A stretch of DNA of 64,000 nucleotides from Verrucomicrobiota bacterium (GTDB lineage Bacteria; Verrucomicrobiota; Verrucomicrobiia; Limisphaerales; Palsa-1400). Position numbers and translations under genes: made by a program. How positions within the stretch are numbered: position 1 is the stretch's first letter; the number at the start of each line of letters is the position of its first letter. The stretch is taken from contig JBEKYR010000010.1 of the NCBI GenBank assembly GCA_049510745.1, forward strand, positions 80,345 to 144,344, given 5' to 3'. This document shows positions 28,440-38,079 of the stretch, piece by piece. The notes beneath the pieces are model-generated. The model had not been told where the DNA came from, searched no databases, and saw only the letters and a program-made list of their open reading frames with translations.

Positions 28440-28952
28440 ATGATCATGCCCGACCAAGTCGATCTCAAAACAGCCCTTCTTCAACCTCTTGAAACCGCCG
28501 TCGTTCCCGCCACCACCACGCCGGTCGTCATCCGGGATTTCTTCAAAAAGAACACCCGGGTGAAATTCTCCACAATTTTTGGCGAATTCAAGACCCGGTT
28601 CTTCGACAAAACCGAAAACCCGGCTGCCCAAGTGGCCTACCGCAAATACAAGCTGCTGCACATCTCGCCAGACGGCCCCATTATTGCGGAACTCGGCGGC
28701 GAAGCCAAAGTCGAAGGGACGGTTACTGCGGCCCTGGCCCTCCTTCAACGCCAGGGAGACGGGGAGGCGGGGTTTCTACAGACCAACGGCTATGCCAATA
28801 TCTTCTACGCCAAGGATAAAAAGGGCGTGCTCTGCGCGATTCGCATCGGTTGGGCCGACGGCGGCTGGGTCATCGATGCCATTTCGGTGCAGGACCCCCT
28901 GGCGTGGAACGGCCAACACGAAATCTTCTGTCCAGTTTCAGTCGCTGGCTAG
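28440..28952 (+). CDS. Hypothetical protein, possible C-type-lectin-fold DGR-target homolog
   Basis: DGPIIAELGGE...LQTNGYANIFY...GWVIDAISVQDPLAWNGQHEIF; AAGGA RBS upstream. Confidence 0.6.
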   Translation: MIMPDQVDLKTALLQPLETAVVPATTTPVVIRDFFKKNTRVKFSTIFGEFKTRFFDKTENPAAQVAYRKYKLLHISPDGPIIAELGGEAKVEGTVTAALALLQRQGDGEAGFLQTNGYANIFYAKDKKGVLCAIRIGWADGGWVIDAISVQDPLAWNGQHEIFCPVSVAG

Positions 28953-29603
28953 ACCTGGATCCGATATTTATCTACGCTGGCCGGAGAATTGGGGGCTGGA
29001 AAGTCTGTAGCTGAAAAGGCCTTCGAGGACCAGTTGTCCAGCCGGCTCATCAATGGTGACGCTGGCGAACTGCGAAAGCAAGCCAGCCCCCAACAGTCCT
29101 GCTTCTCCCGCCAGCAGCTTCTCTGGATGCAGTCCGGTCGCGATGTTCTTGAGCGTGAGGCGGCCAAGGCGCACGGATTGGGTGTTTTGCCGGATTAAAA
29201 CGCTGCTGACGCCCACTGCGAGTTCCTGGGAGGAGCACTCGCCGGCAGCAGCCCGTTCACGGGCCGAACAGTTTCGCCATCGTCTTCAAAATCACGTTGA
29301 AGAGTTCTTGATTTGATAAAACTGATGACTTGGCGCCGGAGTCCAGATCCGCCTGCCTTGCCGGTGTGTCCACTCAGCATCGGAATTCTTTTTCTCGCGG
29401 CGGCGGTTTCAGCAGCCCCCTACACGCTTGCGGTTTTGCCGTCCAGGCCGGCTGTTCCGGCCCCGTTGCCAGCCGACACCGTGCCGATGGGCGATCCGGC
29501 GAGTTTTCCAGAGACGAACATGGCCGTCGTCTTTAAGATCTCGTTGAACAACAATTGAGATCGCCATTCGCAAGCGAGACATAATGGCTCTATGTTCATC
29601 AAA

Positions 29604-29636
29604 GAGACGAGGGTTCGATTCCCTTCACCCGCTCCA
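29604..29636 (+). mobile_element. att core: isolated 3' half of a tRNA-Gly
   Basis: GAGACGAGGGTTCGATTCCCTTCACCCGCTCCA (T-arm, acceptor 3' strand, CCA). No 5' half upstream; the integrase starts 66 nt downstream. Confidence 0.8.
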
Positions 29637-29669
29637 ACAACCACAAGGACTTACGCATATTTCCTCGAT

Positions 29670-29690
29670 TTTAGTGTCAGTTTAGTGCCA
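29670..29690 (+). promoter_or_regulatory. Arm-type integrase binding repeats (candidate)
   Basis: TTTAGTGTCA / TTTAGTGCCA at an 11-bp period, between the att core and the integrase. Confidence 0.55.
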
Positions 29691-29701
29691 AACTTTCAAT
29701 T

Positions 29702-31066
29702 ATGGCAGCAACCATGCAACAGCCGAAGGGAACCCGTCGCAAACCGGCAAGGCGCCCTTCATTCGATGTAAAGCGAGATTCCGTGCGGGTGCATGTGCGC
29801 TTCAGCCCGCAGAAAATCGGTCGTTACTGGTACGAATCTTGGATCGTCGAATATTCCTTCCGCGGTGAGCGGATTCGCGAACGATGCAGCACCGAGCGAA
29901 AGGCAAAGGCGTGCGCCGACGCAGCCGCCACCAAGCTGGCCCATGGCGACATGCAAGCCTTGGAACTCCGGGGTGAGGACCGTCGCATTTATCTGGCGGC
30001 CGTGGCCCAGTTGGAGGGTTTGCAGATCCGGTTGGATGTGGCCGCCCGCGAATATGCGGAAGCCAAACGGATCGCCAAAAACGCCGACCTTCGGAACGTG
30101 GCCGGCTTTTACCAGAAGTATGCGCGCACCAAACTCAAGCCCGTTACCGTTCCCGAGTTGGTTAAAGAAATGATCACGAATCTGGAGTTGGACAAGCGTG
30201 GCGATTATCACGTTCGGGATTTGGAAGTTCGCCTGGGCCGATTTGCCACAGATTTTCCCTGCCAGATCACCGACATCGTCACGGACCAAATCGAAAACTG
30301 GCTGCGAGGGTTGAAATCGCTGGCCAAGGGTGCTCGCCGGGGAGGGGCGCTCAAGGGCCGGTCACGGAACAATTACCGGAATGCCATTGTCGAATTATTC
30401 AACTACGCCAAGAAGCACGGATACCTGCCCAAAGACTTATCCACCGAAGCCTCCAGCGTCAACCGCGTCTCGGAAGCAGACAAACGGGAGAATGAGATTT
30501 TCCTGCCGAAACAGATTGACGAACTCCTGTCGCTCGCGCCACTGCACTTGATCCCTTCCATGGCGATCAAAGCGTTCAGTGGGGTGCGAACAGAAGAAAT
30601 CGCATTTATGGAATGGAAACACGTCCACTTCCGGCGAGGCAAGGGATACATTATTCTTCCCAAATCAATCACGAAGAAAAGGCGCCGCCGTATCATGCCG
30701 ATCCTGCCGAATCTCCGAAAATGGATTGATCCCTTCGAAGGTTTAACAGGGCGGATCTGTGCGCAGTGGTCAACGCCGCAGGGCGTGTTTCAGGCATGGG
30801 ATCGTTTTGCCAAGAAGCGGAATATCCCTGCGGGTGCAAACCGGTTTCGCAACAGCTACATCTCCTACCGGGTCGCACAAACCTCTGACTCCAAGAAGGT
30901 CGCGCTGGAAACCGGCAATTCGGAGGAGGTGATCATGGAGGATTATCTGGAATTGACGACACCCGAAGACGCGGCGCGATGGTTTAAGACAAGCCCATCG
31001 GTAAAACGGATTGCGGCTTTGACAGTTTATGCCAGTAAACTAAAGCGGGCGCAGGCGTCCGACTGA
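29702..31066 (+). CDS. Tyrosine recombinase/integrase
   Basis: RSRNNYR, FSGVRTEEI (Arg I), NRFRNSYISY (Arg II), ETGNS, EDY (Tyr); adjacent to the tRNA att core. Confidence 0.9.
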   Translation: MAATMQQPKGTRRKPARRPSFDVKRDSVRVHVRFSPQKIGRYWYESWIVEYSFRGERIRERCSTERKAKACADAAATKLAHGDMQALELRGEDRRIYLAAVAQLEGLQIRLDVAAREYAEAKRIAKNADLRNVAGFYQKYARTKLKPVTVPELVKEMITNLELDKRGDYHVRDLEVRLGRFATDFPCQITDIVTDQIENWLRGLKSLAKGARRGGALKGRSRNNYRNAIVELFNYAKKHGYLPKDLSTEASSVNRVSEADKRENEIFLPKQIDELLSLAPLHLIPSMAIKAFSGVRTEEIAFMEWKHVHFRRGKGYIILPKSITKKRRRRIMPILPNLRKWIDPFEGLTGRICAQWSTPQGVFQAWDRFAKKRNIPAGANRFRNSYISYRVAQTSDSKKVALETGNSEEVIMEDYLELTTPEDAARWFKTSPSVKRIAALTVYASKLKRAQASD

Positions 31067-31493
31067 CCTGCATCGTTTTTCTCCATCCGGCGGATTTCAT
31101 TTCCCGAGTACAAATAACCTGGCCACTTTCGGACCCCTCTAATTTGCAAACATGTCGTCACCACCACCCAAAATCAAGCCCTTAATGCAGTCGTCTTTTT
31201 CTGCAAGGAGGCCCTCGCCTTCGATCTATAAAACAGCCACGTTTTGGGGGCCAGCCCAGGGTCATTCCCGGCTCTCGCGGTGGCCAGGGCCATCTCACGG
31301 CTACGTTAGCGGCCTCCACAAATGTGCGACCGCTCCCCTCCGGGCCTTTCCGGCTGAGTGACCGACATCGCGGCCCCCGCGTGCCCGGTTGCCGGACCGC
31401 TCAAGCAGCAAGTTTGTGCCGAAGGCGAATTGGGGGAGAAGATTGTTGGTGCATAAACTTGGCCAAGGCCAATGCCCCTATCTCCTCTTGGAT

Positions 31494-32348
31494 CTATCGA
31501 AGTTCGACATCTCTGATGCCCGCACATTTCGTCTCCGCAAACGTCGAGCAACCCCAAAACTCTCGGCCGGCGTGTTGCCCCGTCCTGGCCCGTCGCAGCA
31601 CCATGTCGCTGCCACAGCGCGGGAATTTTGGCCGCGCCGGAGCAGTGTCAGGCAGCGATATTTGAGTCGGCATTGAAGTCGTGGATTCAGATGGAGCTGA
31701 AGCCTGCTTCATCATTGATTGAACCCGCCGTAACATTTCCGCCAGTTGTGCGCCATCCACAAGTTCGATTGGTTTGCCCTGGGCGAATCGTACAGCCTCG
31801 TCGGTGCAAATGCCACTGGTGATAAAAATGGCCCGGTCGGCTTTTTCCGCCGCCATTACCCCGAAAAGCTCCCTGACCGGCTTGACACCGACCTGGTAGG
31901 TTTTCCACCGTTTACACTGGACGATGGAAGTCATGCCGTCGCGTTGAAGTCGGAGGTCAACACCGCCGTCCGGGCCGCCTCCGCCGGTTTCTGCCACCCG
32001 ATACCCGTGATGCCGATGTACCTCGGCAACCTGCCGTTCAAAGTCTTGCCAACTGAGCCTGTTCAGCCAGTCGATGTCCAGATGTTGCCGTAGGAAGGCA
32101 ACCCTTTGCTGGCGGAGCTTCCAGCCAGCCACACCGGCAGCGAGGCTGACAATGGCAGCAAGGGCACTCAGCAGGGCCCCGAGCATCTGAACGCTCGGAA
32201 TATTGATGGCGCGCTGGAACCAAATCACAGGGATGAAGAAGACTGCCATGGCAACCGGGATGCACCATGCCGGATGAACCACGGAAAACAGCCAGCGCAG
32301 GATTTCAAAAAGATCGTCCCACAAATCAGTTCTGCGTCGTCGAGACAT
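31494..32348 (-). CDS. Mrr-type restriction endonuclease with N-terminal TMs and C-terminal topoisomerase-type Zn ribbon
   Basis: LSWQDFERQVAE...GPDGGVDL...VQCKRW...IELVDG; FPRCGSDMVLR...FWGCS...C. Confidence 0.88.
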   Translation of the reverse strand: MSRRRRTDLWDDLFEILRWLFSVVHPAWCIPVAMAVFFIPVIWFQRAINIPSVQMLGALLSALAAIVSLAAGVAGWKLRQQRVAFLRQHLDIDWLNRLSWQDFERQVAEVHRHHGYRVAETGGGGPDGGVDLRLQRDGMTSIVQCKRWKTYQVGVKPVRELFGVMAAEKADRAIFITSGICTDEAVRFAQGKPIELVDGAQLAEMLRRVQSMMKQASAPSESTTSMPTQISLPDTAPARPKFPRCGSDMVLRRARTGQHAGREFWGCSTFAETKCAGIRDVELR

Positions 32349-32469
32349 TTGGTCAGCCTCTCGATTCTTGCTCCCATGTTATTAACGGGTAGGTTGAAAG
32401 GGGCGCGCTCAATTCACAATGCCGCAGCTCTTACTCCTTGGTTCTGACCGCCAGTTTAATTGTCGGCCC

Positions 32470-32561
32470 TTTGGTTTTTGAAACCAAATCACATGGAATT
32501 CTTCAGTTTTAAAGCAAGTCATGTGCCACCGCAGCACATGAATATGGTTTCAAAAACCAAA
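32470..32561. repeat. Perfect 17-bp inverted repeat made of self-palindromic arms
   Basis: TTTGGTTTTTGAAACCA / TGGTTTCAAAAACCAAA. Confidence 0.7.
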
Positions 32562-32712
32562 TTTCCAGCGGTTACATTGGCCGCCAAGACCAAAGATTGA
32601 GAGGCTCGGTTACCACACCAGCCGGGATGACTTATGCATTCGCCGCTCCGGCCAGCGCACGCCGTCGGAGTCTTCATCCGAAATTTCCGTCATCTCCGCC
32701 TTCCTCCTCGCC

Positions 32713-33636
32713 TCAATCATCTTCGTTGCGCATATTCCTGATTTTTCCGCACTTTTCCAGCCACCGGTATGCGGTGCTGAGTGAAATCTCAACGTGCCGG
32801 TTTTTATTGAACCAGCCGACCGCCTTGGGGCCCGTGTCCGCCTCGCCGCTTTCGAATGCCGCCTTCAGGGCATCAAACACCCCGGGTTGCCACAATTCTG
32901 ATTTAATCGACGTGGCGGTGAAAAGATTCAAGTCGCCCTCCACCTCGCGATATCGTTCCACCCAGCGGTACAGCGATTTTACCGGGCAGCCCAAGGCCTC
33001 AGCGATGTTTTTGATCTCATAATCAGGATTCACGTCCCCGCCGCGCCCTTCCTCCAAGGCCCGGCTGCGCTCGTCCAGCCACAGAATTGCGTCCAATCTC
33101 TTCTCAACCTCCAGAAATGGCGACTTGTCACGCGCCTCTTGCCACGCTTTCGGGTCGTCTAATTGGAGGGCCAGCACGCTCTCCGTGTTATGGTTCGCAT
33201 GCGTTTCTTCTTTGCTACCGGGATCGTGCCGCGGACAGGCGAACCCTAGCCGGCGGCGCCAATAGTAAATGTTGCATTTCCTCAGCCCAATCCCCTTTTG
33301 GGCCAGCCAAGCCTGCACTTCACTCGCTGTCATGTTGGCGGCAAATTGCTTCTTGAGGCCGGCCAGGATTTCACCTTCGATGGCAGTTTTTTTGCCGCCG
33401 CCGTGGCGGCGTCTTAAAAGGCCGGTTAGGCCTTCTTGGTTTAGATGTCGCATCCAAGTGAAGAAATGTTGGCGGCTGATGCCAACGCGCTGGGCGATTT
33501 GGGCGGCGTTGAGTTGCCTCTCCAACGCAAGACGAACGGCGGCGAGCTTTTTGGACTGCAAGGGCATCGCGTGGAGATCTGCGCTCTCGATGTCCTCCAG
33601 CCTTAATCCCCTCGGTAAACGAATTCGTCGTGTCAT
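32713..33636 (-). CDS. Protein with two tandem IS630-transposase-like DNA-binding (HTH-winged HTH) modules, no DDE domain
   Basis: QIAQRVGISRQHFFTW...GLTGLL...NIYYWRRRLGF and NIAEALGCPVKSLYRWVERY...ISLSTAYRWLEKCG. Confidence 0.7.
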   Translation of the reverse strand: MTRRIRLPRGLRLEDIESADLHAMPLQSKKLAAVRLALERQLNAAQIAQRVGISRQHFFTWMRHLNQEGLTGLLRRRHGGGKKTAIEGEILAGLKKQFAANMTASEVQAWLAQKGIGLRKCNIYYWRRRLGFACPRHDPGSKEETHANHNTESVLALQLDDPKAWQEARDKSPFLEVEKRLDAILWLDERSRALEEGRGGDVNPDYEIKNIAEALGCPVKSLYRWVERYREVEGDLNLFTATSIKSELWQPGVFDALKAAFESGEADTGPKAVGWFNKNRHVEISLSTAYRWLEKCGKIRNMRNEDD

Positions 33637-33747
33637 AACCTATCTTAACCCCCGCGCCGTAAAAATCAACATACGAACTATAATATTTCTATATGTGTCA
33701 TTAAAAGACAATACACCCATAAACAAGATAATGAAAGCACGGACTCA

Positions 33748-34062
33748 TTGTCCGGCTTTATGCGCAAGAACCGCCAAAGTTACAGGTCGAAGGCCCGGAA
33801 AGGGCGGGCACTTCTCCAGCCGGGAGGATCCGACAGCATTGCACTTGAACCGCAATTGCTGAAAACGCGCCACCAAATGGCGGCACGGTACCAGGTCAGC
33901 GTGCGCACGATCGGTTATTGGGTGCAAGACGGAACGCTTCCGGTGTACCAACGCGGCGCGGTCGTGCGATTCAATCCCCACGAGTGTGACGAGGCGCTGA
34001 AAGCATTCCGTCGCAAGTCCCGCTGGGAGGCATCTGCCGAGGAAGAGGGCGGCAGCGTATGA
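33748..34062 (+). CDS. Excisionase/MerR-like HTH protein
   Basis: LKTRHQMAARYQVSVRTIGYWVQDGTLPVYQRGAVVRFNPHECDEAL. Start uncertain. Confidence 0.8.
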   Translation: MSGFMRKNRQSYRSKARKGRALLQPGGSDSIALEPQLLKTRHQMAARYQVSVRTIGYWVQDGTLPVYQRGAVVRFNPHECDEALKAFRRKSRWEASAEEEGGSV

Positions 34063-34443
34063 ATCCCGCCTGTCCAGACCATCCACTTCCGCCCGCCATG
34101 GGCTGGTACGCCTTCGGTGCCGCAGCCGCCATCAGAGCCATGTCCACCCCTGTCGGCCATGTCCATGGTACGGAGGGCCATGGTGCCGCTGTCGGCGGTG
34201 TTGAGGGCCACGGCGGCGATGGCTGCGGCACCCATGGAGCCGAGGCGGGGTCTTGGGTGCAATCTTCCCGCTGCGGGAAGGTTTCATGGGTGTGCTCGCG
34301 GTTAAACCCCAAGATCAGTCTAAAGTGGAAGGGAGACCCCATACCCGAGCCGAGAGCGGGACTTGCAGCAAACCCAGTCGATAAAGCAAGGCGGCTCCCC
34401 GAACCGGAAAGGATAATCGCCGCGGGTGCCCATTGTACGTAGT

Positions 34444-34483
34444 TGCAGAATGTTACTACGCCCAGATGTAATAACAATCTGCA
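34444..34483. other. Candidate serine-recombinase att site or operator
   Basis: TGCAGAATGTTACTAC-N8-GTAATAACAATCTGCA (14/16 inverted match), 51 nt upstream of the recombinase. Confidence 0.45.
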
Positions 34484-34534
34484 GCAGTCTGGCATCCTTA
34501 CGATTAAGAACTGGGCGAAACAAGAGTTCGCATT

Positions 34535-36556
34535 ATGAGTTGGAAGGATCGTAAGAGGAACGGAGCAGCAGCGGGCTTCATAAGCCTCGATTTCAAGGCT
34601 ATTGAACGGGTGATGGCCGAACTCGGCGAGTGGGCTCCAAGCCACATTGATGCTCCAGTCCGGTTCAGTTCTGTGAAGCAGCAGGAGGGCACTTCAGAAG
34701 CTCGGCAGGTCGCGAACATTGAGAGCATAATTCAGAAGTACTGGCCGGGGATTAAACCGAACTGGCTCAGAGACCTTGCAACTTCCGCCTTTAAGTATTC
34801 CGCAAAAACGGGGCTTCCTCACTGTCTAGATGAGGACAAAGAGCTTGGGAAGTACGTTGCTCGCGCCAGGCGTGGCGGAGTTCCTGCCGGCACGCTCATG
34901 ATCGTTGATAATTTAGACCGGTTCAGTCGGGCGAAAATCGATGACTCCTTTGACGCGGGAATGACGCTCTTGCGCCATGGCATTACAATCCTGGTTTTAC
35001 ACCCGCGGCCTCTGCTCCTCCGTCCTGAGGATCGTAACAACCCGGAAAAACGAGATGCGTTCGAGAGTGAGCTTAATCGCGCGCACAATGAATCGGCAAC
35101 CCGCAGCAAGTACGTGCTGTCATCTGTCGAAGAACGAATCAAGGCAGCCCTGGCTGGTGAACAGGTTAGCTTCGGTGGATACGTGCCGAATTGGGTCCAG
35201 TGGAATACCCAACTCGAAAGGTACGTTCCCAACGAGAAGTTGTTCCCAATCATTGAGCGCATCTGCAATGAAGCTGCCCGCCACAAAGTGCTCTTCCAGA
35301 TCATCCAAGATTTGAATGATGAGCACCAACCCACCTTGCAGAACGCGAAATGCTGGCAACCTTGCACTCTTTATGATGTGTTGCGAAACGAAGCCCTGCT
35401 TGGAACCTTAATCATAAAAGGCGTGAGGATTGAGAACTACCTTCCTCCAGTGATCAAAGACAAGTCCAAATGGGATGCCATTCAAGCACGGCTTGGTATA
35501 AAGCAAAAGAAGGGCGGCGGAGGGAAGGCCAATAGCCTTATTCAAAGTTTGTTTCCGGGGCGAGTCTTTTGTTATCACTGTGGGCTGCCAATGAGGTCGT
35601 CTTCTCACCCGGGCTATTTCGAAAGCCGCATCTATATATGTACGGGTCATCGGGACCACTGCACCAAGACTGGAACAGTCTGTGACCAGACGCGAAACAT
35701 TATGATTAAGGCGATCGAGTTAGACCTGTTTGGCATGATTCTCACAAAACTACCATCTGAGATACTGGACCCGAATCGAGACGTTGAACGTCGCGCACAG
35801 CAGACAGAAATACAAGCTCAGATCGGCAGACTCGAAAAGCAATTGCGCAAAGCGGAGCAATACCATATCGAGAATGATGATGAATCGCGCGATGCCGAAC
35901 TCAAGAAGCGGGCTGACGACATCAACGCAGAGATCAAGGGACTTCGCGCACGGATCGCTGAACTTGCCGCAGAAATTGGCCCGGAAACCGCGTGGGCGGA
36001 TGTCGTTAAAATACTTACCGGGCAAAAGCCTGGCACACTAAAAGAGGTGAAGGAAGCAGTTGCTCTGCTCCAGGCTCAACTCTCGGATCAGGAGAAACGC
36101 AGAAAGCTCATTGGCCCTCTCAAAATGGTGGTGGCAGGCATAGAGATTGACATGCGCTGCAGTACCCTCGGTCGCCTTGATCCGGCTGGGGAAATGTTAG
36201 CACGCTATCGAGTGACACTGGTGGGGGGTGCGGTGCTCGATTGGAGTGATATAACGATTCTTTACAAAGACTTGGTGAGGGCGAATTTCGCGGCGGCCGT
36301 GACCGAGGATCGCGAGCGCCGTCGCCTGGCCAGATGGAAAGCGACTCGCGCTGCCAAACCCTCGACCCCGGAGCAAGAACAACGCCGCTTCGAAGCGATA
36401 CGTAAGGCTCTCAGAACTCCGGAAAGGCGTGCTGCGATGCGGGATCGTATGCTACGGCGCTGGGAAAACGTGCGCAAAGAAAAGGAGTTGCTCAAAAAAG
36501 ACGCACAACAGCAAACCACGTTGCCTCCCAGGGCAGAGGGCAATCCGAGCAAGTGA
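34535..36556 (+). CDS. Large serine recombinase
   Basis: VRFSSVKQQEGTSEARQ (catalytic Ser), DLATSAF, IVDNLDRFSR, RAHNESATRS, Zn ribbon CYHCG...YIC...C, coiled coil. Confidence 0.88.
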   Translation: MSWKDRKRNGAAAGFISLDFKAIERVMAELGEWAPSHIDAPVRFSSVKQQEGTSEARQVANIESIIQKYWPGIKPNWLRDLATSAFKYSAKTGLPHCLDEDKELGKYVARARRGGVPAGTLMIVDNLDRFSRAKIDDSFDAGMTLLRHGITILVLHPRPLLLRPEDRNNPEKRDAFESELNRAHNESATRSKYVLSSVEERIKAALAGEQVSFGGYVPNWVQWNTQLERYVPNEKLFPIIERICNEAARHKVLFQIIQDLNDEHQPTLQNAKCWQPCTLYDVLRNEALLGTLIIKGVRIENYLPPVIKDKSKWDAIQARLGIKQKKGGGGKANSLIQSLFPGRVFCYHCGLPMRSSSHPGYFESRIYICTGHRDHCTKTGTVCDQTRNIMIKAIELDLFGMILTKLPSEILDPNRDVERRAQQTEIQAQIGRLEKQLRKAEQYHIENDDESRDAELKKRADDINAEIKGLRARIAELAAEIGPETAWADVVKILTGQKPGTLKEVKEAVALLQAQLSDQEKRRKLIGPLKMVVAGIEIDMRCSTLGRLDPAGEMLARYRVTLVGGAVLDWSDITILYKDLVRANFAAAVTEDRERRRLARWKATRAAKPSTPEQEQRRFEAIRKALRTPERRAAMRDRMLRRWENVRKEKELLKKDAQQQTTLPPRAEGNPSK

Positions 36557-37096
36557 CTCAACTCCTGTTGTAAGATCGCCATCGCTAGTTTGGACAGCAG
36601 TCATGCCGATCTGGTCGTCAAACTGTCCTTTCACCCCTCGCGATTGGTCGATGGCCGAACCTTGGATAATGGCTTCCTGGACCTTGATGGCCTCCAAGGC
36701 GACTTTGCCCGGAACTCGCCCGTGAATGGTCAGTCAGTTTTTCAGTGTGCTTCTCTTTCTTTGACCCTTGGGTGGGGGAGCACTTTTAATCAAGTCGCGG
36801 TGTACAATACTGCTTTTTAAACTCACAAAGCAAGTCACCATGCAATAGACAGAATCAAGAATGGAACGTGTCGCTTCGGCCGACATGCGCGGCGGTGAAA
36901 CCGGGACGAACCCCTAATCGCCGACCACGGAACCACCCGAACTTTGACAAAGCCCCAGATGGGGTCCACCTCAGTGCGCCGTCGTCACCGGCCAGGGGTC
37001 ATTGGTTAAATGCAAGAACGACGTAGGTTGTTGGCAGCAAGTTTTATCGCAAGTGCGGTTACGTGTCCCCCAACAAAGCGATCTTAATCCTACAGG

Positions 37097-37354
37097 ATGA
37101 GCTTCCTGATCAATTTTGCAAAAGGCGCCAAACAAAATGGCATGATGTCTGAAGCGCTGCAAGAAGCCCACTCTGAGGCAGTTATTCTCCACATGTTGGC
37201 TAAACTGGGAAAGCTCAGGGTCCTCCGCCCTCCAGGGGAGCCACCCCATTATGAGGAGGAAGAGGCCAACGAGATCAGAAAACTGTTAACCGAGACGCGA
37301 ACCGGGTTTTGCGGACCGGAGTCCCCTCCATACAAATGGCGCACGTCCAAATAG
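37097..37354 (+). CDS. Small hypothetical protein
   Basis: ATG-started 85-aa ORF; no family recognised. Confidence 0.3.
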   Translation: MSFLINFAKGAKQNGMMSEALQEAHSEAVILHMLAKLGKLRVLRPPGEPPHYEEEEANEIRKLLTETRTGFCGPESPPYKWRTSK

Positions 37355-37734
37355 TTTGGGGCTCTGTAAATGGCGAATTTATAATCTCAGAACGCAGAAA
37401 TCCGCCGTGTTGGATCGTGTGTTCTTCATTGACGAAGGGTGGCAGCAAGTGCGCCGTTTTTGAGGCATGGCGAGGGTAAAAACGTGTCCCAACCGGCGGG
37501 AAGCTACTCGCCCTGGGCCAATTGACCTGCTATGGCCAGACCCCGCAGGTCAGGATATCGACGTCCAGAACGTAAACATCGACAACGACGCCATTCGGGG
37601 CGGCTGGTGGTGGTTAATGATGACCTGGCCCAGGGACGGTTACAGGGGGGCTTTCGGAGTTGACGCCAACGACGACGCCGCCCTCGCCCTTGCGCACAGC
37701 GTCGCTATGCAATCGCGGCGAAAAACTCTACGAA

Positions 37735-38079
37735 ATGCGCCGGATGGACCAAGCTTGGGAAAATATCGGGGCGGCGATCCTCATCTATGAGCGGCTGGCC
37801 AAAATCCGACCGGAGGCTGTTGAGCCGCATTGGGCGAGAGCCATGTCGCTGAAGGGGCGTTGCTTAAAGGCAACCGATTCTCCTCAAGCAGCGGCAGCCT
37901 CAACCGCAACGGTGAAACTTTTGTCGCGCCAGTTCCTGCAACATCCCCAGGTTTATGCCTCCCTGATGGCTTGTATGGTTCAAGATTACTTGGCAGACAT
38001 GAAGACGACGGGCCAGGAACCGGACAGAAAACTTCTCGGCCCGATTCTTCAAATCTTGAACAGAGTCAAGAAGACTTAA
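37735..38079 (+). pseudogene. TPR-like C-terminal fragment
   Basis: AILIYERLAKIRPEAVEPHWARAMSLKGRCL resembles TPR helices. Confidence 0.4.

Noticed and set aside
28960..29558. Small ORFs before the att core
   Set aside because: Fragmentary, with no consistent frame or motif; probably decayed sequence.
28440..29600. Complete diversity-generating retroelement
   Set aside because: No reverse transcriptase, Avd or template repeat seen in the window.
29560..29636. Complete tRNA-Gly
   Set aside because: No complementary 5' acceptor strand, D-arm or anticodon arm upstream of the T-arm.
31240..31420. oriT-like regions (also 38270-38365)
   Set aside because: GC-rich and suggestive by position, but I could not identify a nic motif or a relaxase.
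33682..33702. Fourth copy of the 9-2-9 operator
   Set aside because: Only the right half (TGTGTCATT) matches, and it lies in an unrelated AT-rich spacer.
34059..34442. Gly/His-rich ORF after the excisionase
   Set aside because: It has an ATGA overlap and weak 30-nt repeats, but the sequence is low complexity with no family evidence; coding status is unsupported.
36860..36990. Possible structured ncRNA downstream of the serine recombinase
   Set aside because: A few short hairpins only; no recognisable family consensus.
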